Positions 23,008 through 29,168 of a DNA stretch of 32,000 bases are shown here, one piece after another. This DNA comes from an uncultured Synechococcus sp. GTDB lineage: Bacteria; Cyanobacteriota; Cyanobacteriia; Cyanobacteriales; MRBY01. Location: NCBI GenBank assembly GCA_964638765.1, contig CAZXBK010000002.1, positions 72 to 32,071 on the forward strand, written 5' to 3'. A program made the translations under genes and the position numbers. The stretch's first letter is position 1. The number at the start of each line of letters is the position of its first letter. Under the pieces are notes generated by a model, which was not told where the DNA came from, ran no database searches, and was given only the letters and a program-made list of their open reading frames with translations.

Positions 23008-23309
23008 TGGAAAAGATTAAATTTATGAATATGAAAGAAGGTATCGTTTACGAGAGAGAATCGGATGGTAAGCTCTTCAAAAAAATAGGAGAAAGGTTAC
23101 TATCTGCTGATCCAGAGGGTACGTTTAAGGAGACTGAGGATGTTTCCCTAGCTGACCTATTCTCAAAAACACACAAGAATGCGAATGACTCCCTAATGGA
23201 TATTTACAATCTAATGGTTTCAGGAAACATTTCTGAACAGAAAAATGCACACAACAGGCTGTTGAGAGAGATTATTCAGAAGATTGATAAGTTGGAGAGT
23301 AGGGAATGA
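23007..23309 (+). CDS. Hypothetical protein (100 aa)
   Basis: ATG 23007 lies 8 nt after AAGGA and is preferred over TTG 22980. Confidence 0.55.
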   Translation: MEKIKFMNMKEGIVYERESDGKLFKKIGERLLSADPEGTFKETEDVSLADLFSKTHKNANDSLMDIYNLMVSGNISEQKNAHNRLLREIIQKIDKLESRE

Positions 23310-23515
23310 AAGTTGGAGATTTTTTCTGGAATACTCAATATAACTATCTTAGTAAAATATCATACATTTCATTTGACTACGGTAAACCCTTTTATAGTTA
23401 TAATGATTTAATAGGGGCTCACGGAGGAGGGTGTACGGGCGACGCTTTTAGAGAAATACACACACCTCTAAACAAAATCCTAAAAATCTTAACAGGAATT
23501 AAACATGAAAGTTAA
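23306..23515 (+). CDS. ILYG-tail family small protein (Thr variant)
   Basis: N-terminus MKVGDFFWN and tail LNKILKILTGIKHES. Confidence 0.8.
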   Translation: MKVGDFFWNTQYNYLSKISYISFDYGKPFYSYNDLIGAHGGGCTGDAFREIHTPLNKILKILTGIKHES

Positions 23516-23930
23516 ATTAAACGGTAACGCAACTTTACCTAAAAAAGCTCACCCAAGTGATGCAGGTTACGATCTGGTTGCAACGGGCAGAACTAGAATA
23601 GGCAATATCCTAACTTACGAAACAGATATTGCTGTAGAGATTCCTAAGGGTCATGTTGGATTACTCTTTCCTAGGTCTTCAGTTTATAAGTATGACCTAG
23701 AGCTATGTAACTCTGTGGGAGTTATTGATGAGAATTTCAGAGGAACAATAAAAGCTAAATTCAGGGAAATCCCAACAAAGGATCTAATTGCTAAACCTAA
23801 AATCTACGATATCGGCGACCGCGTGTGTCAACTGGTAATTGTACCGATCTATTCTGAAGAGTTGGAAGTTGTGGATAGTTTGGATAAAAGTTATAGGGGG
23901 TCAGATGGCTTCGGCAGTTCAGGAGTTTAG
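23505..23930 (+). CDS. dut: dUTP diphosphatase (trimeric dUTPase)
   Basis: The five dUTPase motifs: AGYDL, PRSS, GVIDENFRG, GDRVCQLV, RGSDGFGSSG. Confidence 0.92.
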   Translation: MKVKLNGNATLPKKAHPSDAGYDLVATGRTRIGNILTYETDIAVEIPKGHVGLLFPRSSVYKYDLELCNSVGVIDENFRGTIKAKFREIPTKDLIAKPKIYDIGDRVCQLVIVPIYSEELEVVDSLDKSYRGSDGFGSSGV

Positions 23931-24147
23931 TCCAGGGGATTTAGCTCTGTGTATTGGCGAATGTGACGATTTTTTTACGCCAGGTAAAATATACGTAGTA
24001 AATTACACTAAAATCGATCATTGTGGTGATATCGAATTATGGGCTTACGACAATTACGGAATAGAAGATTGGTGGTATGTTGAAGCATTCACCAAACTCC
24101 CAAAATCCAAGGTACTAAATGCTCTCTACGGTATTGACAAAACCTAA
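23905..24147 (+). CDS. ILYG-tail family small protein
   Basis: ATG 23905 follows AGGGGG, inside the dUTPase 3' end. The tail is KSKVLNALYGIDKT. Confidence 0.75.
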   Translation: MASAVQEFSPGDLALCIGECDDFFTPGKIYVVNYTKIDHCGDIELWAYDNYGIEDWWYVEAFTKLPKSKVLNALYGIDKT

Positions 24148-24162
24148 ATCTTATGATATAAT
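24134..24162 (+). promoter_or_regulatory. Sigma70-like promoter overlapping a family tail
   Basis: TTGACA (24134-24139), 17 nt, TGa-TATAAT (-10 at 24157-24162). The next ORF start (GTG 24168) is only 6 nt downstream. Confidence 0.55.
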
Positions 24163-24167
24163 CCTAT

Positions 24168-24398
24168 GTGACCTTATCAGAAGTTAGAAAATTTTTAGAA
24201 GATCTGGAAGAAGGGGAACCGTTTATTGTGTTCCCCGACGACTACTACCCAGTTGAGATAGCTTTCGGATATACAATTTTTCACGACGATTGGGTAGAAA
24301 TCGAAACCCCCACATTAATTCATGACGGAATGGAATTTGAAAACATCCGTTTAGTAAAATGTCCCAAACTATTAGGAGTTCTGGTTGGATATAAATGA
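24168..24398 (+). CDS. ILYG-tail family small protein (Val variant); start uncertain, possibly leaderless
   Basis: The tail is CPKLLGVLVGYK. GTG 24168 is the only upstream start candidate and has no SD. Confidence 0.55.
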   Translation: MTLSEVRKFLEDLEEGEPFIVFPDDYYPVEIAFGYTIFHDDWVEIETPTLIHDGMEFENIRLVKCPKLLGVLVGYK

Positions 24399-24576
24399 TT
24401 TATACAAAGGAAGTTATTACAAAAGAGTCAAACAAATTGCCTCAGGGTATAAGTTTATGTACTGGACAAGTGTCCGACCTACCAACAAAATAATCCAAAT
24501 CCTAATGGGAATCCCACCAAACACAGAATACGTAATGAAAAATGGTTCGATAGTCTGGAGAAAGGTGAAGAAGTAA
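24385..24576 (+). CDS. ILYG-tail-like small protein with internal tail motif and C-terminal extension
   Basis: TTG 24385 is embedded in the upstream GTT GGA codons. TNKIIQILMG is followed by 22 more residues. Confidence 0.5.
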   Translation: MDINDLYKGSYYKRVKQIASGYKFMYWTSVRPTNKIIQILMGIPPNTEYVMKNGSIVWRKVKK

Positions 24577-24909
24577 GTGGTCAAGGAAAAAATTGTGAAC
24601 TTTGGCAAAGAAAAAGATAGTGCACAGGAACTTAAATCCACCATTAGGAAACTAAAGGCTAAAGTGAGACGACAGGAGAAAGAGATTGCTAGACTGAAAT
24701 CAGAACTTAAAACCTCAGACAAAGGGTTTAAAAAATCTCAGAAGCACGTTGAGGAATTAACTGATACTCTGAGTTTGGAAGAAGCGATTGATACAGCTAA
24801 CAAGTTGAGTAAGCAGAAACCTAAGCTGTTAAACAAATCTGAGAAGCAAAAACTTGTAGACGATTTAGTTAAAAGTTATAGTAGGAGAAAAAATGATAAA
24901 GAGAAGTGA
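24577..24909 (+). CDS. Hypothetical basic coiled-coil protein (110 aa)
   Basis: GTG follows directly after the upstream TAA. Lys/Glu-rich heptad-like sequence. Confidence 0.5.
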   Translation: MVKEKIVNFGKEKDSAQELKSTIRKLKAKVRRQEKEIARLKSELKTSDKGFKKSQKHVEELTDTLSLEEAIDTANKLSKQKPKLLNKSEKQKLVDDLVKSYSRRKNDKEK

Positions 24910-25198
24910 GTTAAAAGAGATATCCGACAGCTACCATGCTGAGAAACAGAAAGAAGTAGACAAACATATTGATGGTTTGTTGGCTCACACAGAGAAGGTT
25001 ACTAAGAGGATTGCTAAGTACGGTGGGTATCGAGTTCATTTGGATGTTATTGTTCAGGAATACATGGCTGATAATTACCTTTTTGACAACCTAACTCCTA
25101 GTGAAAAGGTAAGAGATGCTCTCAAACTAAAGCTTATCGAGGATGGGTGGATTGAAAAAGAAAAAATAGCAGAAACCAATGAAATAATGTGGGAGTAA
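24893..25198 (+). CDS. Hypothetical protein (101 aa)
   Basis: ORF with a 17-nt overlap at its start. Confidence 0.55.
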   Translation: MIKRSELKEISDSYHAEKQKEVDKHIDGLLAHTEKVTKRIAKYGGYRVHLDVIVQEYMADNYLFDNLTPSEKVRDALKLKLIEDGWIEKEKIAETNEIMWE

Positions 25199-25199
25199 A

Positions 25200-25496
25200 A
25201 TGAAAGTTGGAGATTTAGTTTTAATTTACAAGGATATTACCCCAATGTGTCTAGATGGTGGGGTTGCTCAAATTATTGATACATCCGGTGACGATCCTAA
25301 TACCATTCTGGTAGCTAACCTAGAAGATATTGGTGAAGTTACCTACAAAAATAGACATGATCCAGATGTTGTGAAGTGGGTTCTCCTAGCTGAGAATTCA
25401 TTTTGGGTTAATAAAGTTGATTGCAAAAGATTGAGCTTGGACAAGCCTAGTTTTTTAGACAAAGTTAAGGATTTTTTTAGTGGGATCTTAAAATGA
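25200..25496 (+). CDS. Small protein with the family N-terminal module (MKVGD) but no ILYG tail
   Basis: Its 5' DNA ATGAAAGTTGGAGATTT is shared with 23306..23515. The C-terminus FFSGILK lacks the tail. Confidence 0.6.
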   Translation: MKVGDLVLIYKDITPMCLDGGVAQIIDTSGDDPNTILVANLEDIGEVTYKNRHDPDVVKWVLLAENSFWVNKVDCKRLSLDKPSFLDKVKDFFSGILK

Positions 25497-25603
25497 TGAA
25501 GTTATTTTTGGGTCTAATTTTAGGTTTAATCCTTTACCCTTTTATCATGCCCTATCTTTACACTCTTTACTTTTTTATATTTATTTACCCTTCAATTCAA
25601 TAA
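25493..25603 (+). CDS. Hypothetical 36-aa hydrophobic peptide
   Basis: ATGA overlap start. Translation is MMKLFLGLILGLILYPFIMPYLYTLYFFIFIYPSIQ. It is flanked by TTTTTTAGTGGGAT direct repeats. Confidence 0.35.
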   Translation: MMKLFLGLILGLILYPFIMPYLYTLYFFIFIYPSIQ

Positions 25604-25614
25604 GGAGTTTTTTA

Positions 25615-25842
25615 GTGGGATTTTTTAGTAACAATTCAGGGAAAACCTTTCAATTAATTGGTCACAAAAGAAGATTACCTAACTCACAAAAATTTGATGA
25701 GGTGGAGTTTGAAGTAATATCCGACAGCTACCAAAATGCAGTTAAAGCAACCCTTTTAACTAATTTAGTTATTTGCAAGAAAACGAAGAGAGCTTATCCA
25801 GCTAACTCTTTCGATTATTTTACAGAAAAAGAGGAGTCGTAG
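25615..25842 (+). CDS. Hypothetical protein (75 aa)
   Basis: GTG 25615 lies 7 nt after SD TAAGGAG. Confidence 0.5.
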   Translation: MGFFSNNSGKTFQLIGHKRRLPNSQKFDEVEFEVISDSYQNAVKATLLTNLVICKKTKRAYPANSFDYFTEKEES

Positions 25843-26228
25843 TGGAATTTTTTAAAAGCATTCATTTTTTCCTGTGTGAAACAGCACTTAAATTTATTCT
25901 ATTAATTTCACCAACAACTCTACAAACTAGATTTGTGGAAATGAGCAATATGTACTCTCAGGTTCTGGAAGCTCTGGAGCAAGGGGCAGATGTAGTTATT
26001 ACTCAGGATATGTACTATTCTCAGCAAGAAAAGAAACCTAAGAGAGACTCTAGCCATTTGTCCCTAATGGACGGTGGTAACGAGCAGGAATTTGATTTAC
26101 ACAAATATGGAGCAGATAGTGGCGAAAAAGAAGAAAAAGAAGTTCAATCTAAAGGGGAGGATAATCAATCTTCTGAGGGATCTGTCGATCAAACATCCTC
26201 AGAGGAAAGCAGTGGAGGATCGGACTAA
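25842..26228 (+). CDS. Hypothetical protein with acidic Ser/Glu-rich C-terminus
   Basis: GTG start overlapping the upstream TAG. The C-terminus is GEDNQSSEGSVDQTSSEESSGGSD. Confidence 0.5.
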   Translation: MEFFKSIHFFLCETALKFILLISPTTLQTRFVEMSNMYSQVLEALEQGADVVITQDMYYSQQEKKPKRDSSHLSLMDGGNEQEFDLHKYGADSGEKEEKEVQSKGEDNQSSEGSVDQTSSEESSGGSD

Positions 26229-26529
26229 AGTTGAAATTGCTTGTCACGAATGTGAGTCATGCGGTAAATGGCTTTACAAGGGAACTTCCCAAAAAAACTA
26301 TGAAGCACTCTGTGAGAAATACCCTGATAAAAATATTGAGAGAGGTAGATTGGATATTGACCATGTTCACACAGTTATACCCATAGAGAAAGGGTGGAAG
26401 TTTACCTACGACGAGTACATCGAGAGGTTATTCTGCGGGTCCGAACTTTTACAGGGTCTCTGTAAAGAATGTCATAAAGAAAAGTCAGAAAAAGAAAATA
26501 TTTTAAGAAGAAGCTTGACAGAAAGCTAG
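26212..26529 (+). CDS. HNH endonuclease (zinc-finger type)
   Basis: CHECESC...DIDHVHTV...CKECHKEK. GTG 26212 follows GAGGAAAG and is preferred over ATG 26074, which would overlap the upstream ORF by 155 nt. Confidence 0.72.
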   Translation: MEDRTKVEIACHECESCGKWLYKGTSQKNYEALCEKYPDKNIERGRLDIDHVHTVIPIEKGWKFTYDEYIERLFCGSELLQGLCKECHKEKSEKENILRRSLTES

Positions 26530-26543
26530 TGTTATGCTATAAT
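26515..26543 (+). promoter_or_regulatory. Sigma70-like promoter upstream of the secreted protease gene
   Basis: TTGACA (26515-26520), 17 nt, TGc-TATAAT (-10 at 26538-26543). SD AGAGGAG and ATG 26569 follow. Confidence 0.6.
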
Positions 26544-26568
26544 ATTCCGTCACTTACAGAGGAGAAAC

Positions 26569-27342
26569 ATGAAATTTTTACTAACATTACTATTATCCGT
26601 GGTATCGGTATTTACTTTTGCTGAACCCCTAAAAGAAATTACCCTTACATCTAAAAATACCGTGGTGATGCGAAGCAAGTTCAGTTCTTCCTCCGTAGCT
26701 AAGGTGCAGGGTGAACTATTTAACCTGTCATCCAGACTAGATGTAGATGATGACATTTACCTAGTCTTAGATTCCCCAGGTGGTTCAGTTATTGCTGGTA
26801 TGCACTTAATTGATACGGTTAAGACCTTACCTCAAAATGTTCACACAATTACACTTTTCGCGGCTTCTATGGGCTACCAGACTGTCCAGAACCTAGGTAA
26901 GCGATACATCGTACCCTCAGGAATCCTAATGTCTCACAGAGCCTTTATTGGCGGTCTGAGTGGACAATTAGATGGCGAACTAGAATCCAGACTATCATTT
27001 TACAAAGAGATTACCACTTCCCTAGATCAAGTAGCAGCTAAACGTGTGGGTGTACCCCTTTCTGATTACAAAAATCTAATTATTAACGAATATTGGGCAG
27101 GATCTCTAAAAGCTGTCGCTCAGAACCATGCAGATGAGATTGTTTCAGTGAAATGTTCTAAAAGTCTAATGGGAACCTACAGACAGAGGATTGCTACGTT
27201 TTTCGGAGCATTCACCCTAACCTATTCAAAATGTCCGTTAATCAGAGGACCAATTGCTTTCGTTAGAGGAAGTAGGGAAGCTTTTGATAAATTTGAGCAA
27301 CAATACATGCTTGACAGAAGACTACCATTTGAAATGAGGTAA
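26569..27342 (+). CDS. ClpP/SppA-like serine protease with N-terminal signal peptide
   Basis: Signal-like MKFLLTLLLSVVSVFTFA-EP. Contains LDSPGGSVIAGMHLIDTV, Ser region FAASMGYQ and His region ILMSHRAFIGG. Confidence 0.75.
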   Translation: MKFLLTLLLSVVSVFTFAEPLKEITLTSKNTVVMRSKFSSSSVAKVQGELFNLSSRLDVDDDIYLVLDSPGGSVIAGMHLIDTVKTLPQNVHTITLFAASMGYQTVQNLGKRYIVPSGILMSHRAFIGGLSGQLDGELESRLSFYKEITTSLDQVAAKRVGVPLSDYKNLIINEYWAGSLKAVAQNHADEIVSVKCSKSLMGTYRQRIATFFGAFTLTYSKCPLIRGPIAFVRGSREAFDKFEQQYMLDRRLPFEMR

Positions 27343-27344
27343 TA

Positions 27345-27716
27345 ATGTCTACACAAGATATCCAAGATTTATTAAAAGAAATCGAAGAAGCTGAGAAAAG
27401 GGCTGACCCAGAAATGGAGGTCAGTCAAACTAAGAGAACAGTTGAAAGAGGACTTTCTCGAAGCCTAAAAACATTTATCCAAGGTAAAAATATCATTGCT
27501 GGAACAGACAAAATTCCCAACTATTTTATCTATAGAATGTATTTGGATTTTGAGCCATGGACACCTAAGGTATCTAAGATAGAATTCTTTAGACAGTTTA
27601 AAAAGGCTTTCACTGGTAAGCGTACAGGTAAAGGTCGATATTATCTTCTGGATGGAAGTAAGTTCGAGATGACCGAAGAGATGCTTGCTCAGGCAAAAGA
27701 GCTGGATAAAAAGTGA
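27345..27716 (+). CDS. Hypothetical protein (123 aa)
   Basis: ORF. No motif recognised. Confidence 0.6.
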   Translation: MSTQDIQDLLKEIEEAEKRADPEMEVSQTKRTVERGLSRSLKTFIQGKNIIAGTDKIPNYFIYRMYLDFEPWTPKVSKIEFFRQFKKAFTGKRTGKGRYYLLDGSKFEMTEEMLAQAKELDKK

Positions 27717-28327
27717 GTAAAAATAAAAGACGCAAACACTCAGGCTTAAAGAAGAGCCACAACACCAAAGCTAGAAGGCACGTTATCGAAGCAGATTACG
27801 TTGACGGTGTTTACAATTCCAAAGGTGAGAGGGTAATTCGTCCTCTCACTGAGGAAGAGAAAGATTGGCTAAACAAGTTTTACGAAGAAACTGTGGTTAC
27901 CAATTTCCTACATGGCAAAGGGATGAAAGAAAAAAATAAGGAAATTAAATCACTACTCCATTGTGAAGAATACAAAAAGCTCTCACAGGAACAAAAGGAA
28001 GCAACAACCAAACAGGAAAAAGAGCGTTTTAAGGAGCTAAAAAAGTTAATTAAAGAACAGAATATGGACGACTATGGTGAGGAAATTGAGGAGCTTAGAG
28101 AGGAACTCCAAGATTTGCGAGACCAACATCTACTCTACCCTGATCCAGAAGACCATAAGATCTTTTTTACAGAAAACAACCATAGAAATAACGATGTCCT
28201 AAACAAGGCTAGGCTAGAAGAATTCAAACCAGAGATCATGGATAAATTACAAGCTGAGGTATTAAAGGATTTGGATTACGAAGAGTATTTAATCGACTTA
28301 ATTGAGGGTGAAGATGAAGACGGGTGA
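27713..28327 (+). CDS. Hypothetical protein, basic N-terminus and acidic C-terminus (204 aa)
   Basis: GTGA overlap start. No motif recognised. Confidence 0.6.
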   Translation: MSKNKRRKHSGLKKSHNTKARRHVIEADYVDGVYNSKGERVIRPLTEEEKDWLNKFYEETVVTNFLHGKGMKEKNKEIKSLLHCEEYKKLSQEQKEATTKQEKERFKELKKLIKEQNMDDYGEEIEELREELQDLRDQHLLYPDPEDHKIFFTENNHRNNDVLNKARLEEFKPEIMDKLQAEVLKDLDYEEYLIDLIEGEDEDG

Positions 28328-28508
28328 TTGGGTGATATGCATTAAAAATGCTTTTATGATTTTTGATTCTGGAAGAATGTACAAAGTTGAATACTCTAAC
28401 GATCTGCATTTTAAAATAAAAGACAATATTGGTGAATATAGATTTACTTTTAAATCTAATTTTACCCCCTCTACCAAAATAACCAAAATTCTTTACGGAA
28501 TAAAATGA
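28314..28508 (+). CDS. ILYG-tail family small protein
   Basis: N-terminus MKTGDWVICIK and tail STKITKILYGIK. Confidence 0.8.
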   Translation: MKTGDWVICIKNAFMIFDSGRMYKVEYSNDLHFKIKDNIGEYRFTFKSNFTPSTKITKILYGIK

Positions 28509-28852
28509 CGAAACGATTTACTTTTGAAAACAGAATTAAATACATGAAGGTGAGAGATGGTGTTTACGACACCAAAATTTTCACCTCTGCTACCCGTGGA
28601 GCCAAATATAAAATCCGTCTAGACAGAAATGAGAAGCTTATCAAGATAATTAATCTAGGTAACCGAAACATTATCTGGAAGATGGAGAATAAGTTTGAAA
28701 AATATATGAAGAAAAAAGCTCGCGAAAAGCTAGAAAAGCTTGGAGTTAAGCTTGAAAAATCCATAGTCTATCATGAGAAATCTTTAGAACGGATAACCGA
28801 AGATTTTGACGTATCCAACACCAATACCGACGATAGTACCGACAATCCCTAA
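28505..28852 (+). CDS. Hypothetical protein (115 aa), last + strand gene
   Basis: ATGA overlap start. Its 3' end overlaps the convergent minus-strand ORF by 69 nt. Confidence 0.5.
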   Translation: MTKRFTFENRIKYMKVRDGVYDTKIFTSATRGAKYKIRLDRNEKLIKIINLGNRNIIWKMENKFEKYMKKKAREKLEKLGVKLEKSIVYHEKSLERITEDFDVSNTNTDDSTDNP

Positions 28853-29155
28853 ATAGGTTGAGAACTTCTTAGCCTTCTCGTATTTCCTAGTCTTATTCTC
28901 TTTTTTGAATGAATAGTCTTTCACCATTTCTGTGAGTTCTGGTAGGATGCTTACCAATGGCTCGATCTCTGCTGCAATCTTTTTATCACTGGAAACGTGG
29001 TCTTTTACCTGGGAGGTGAATACCTTTAGATCCCCTTTCAATTCAGTAGTACGTTCAAGCATATCCGCATGCACTTTGTCTACTTTTTCGTGTAACTTTT
29101 CCTGACCTAGCTCTAGCTTTTCAAACCGCTTGTCATTGTACTCATTTTTGTCCAT
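28784..29155 (-). CDS. Hypothetical coiled-coil protein with C-terminal TM anchor
   Basis: SD GAGG lies 6 nt upstream of the ATG. The C-terminus is FSTYLGIVGTIVGIGVGYVKIF. Confidence 0.6.
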   Translation of the reverse strand: MDKNEYNDKRFEKLELGQEKLHEKVDKVHADMLERTTELKGDLKVFTSQVKDHVSSDKKIAAEIEPLVSILPELTEMVKDYSFKKENKTRKYEKAKKFSTYLGIVGTIVGIGVGYVKIFGYPF

Positions 29156-29168
29156 TCTAACCTCAACA

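Noticed and set aside
25472-25480. T7 run (T TTT TTT A) considered as a -1 programmed frameshift site.
   Set aside because: A -1 slip runs straight into TAG, so no extended trans-frame product is possible.
26074-26211. Longer HNH start at ATG 26074 or 26107.
   Set aside because: It would overlap the upstream ORF by 120-155 nt and encodes low-complexity Lys runs. GTG 26212 has an SD-like GAGGAAAG and keeps all HNH and Cys motifs.
1-28508. Recurrent AAAATCCTnnAnATCCTATAYGGA-like DNA, considered as a CRISPR array, REP/MITE element or other DNA-level repeat.
   Set aside because: Spacing is irregular (about 200 bp to more than 2 kb). Every copy lies in frame at the 3' end of an ORF. Copies differ mainly at synonymous codon positions, so the conservation is at the peptide level. 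No repeat-spacer architecture is present.
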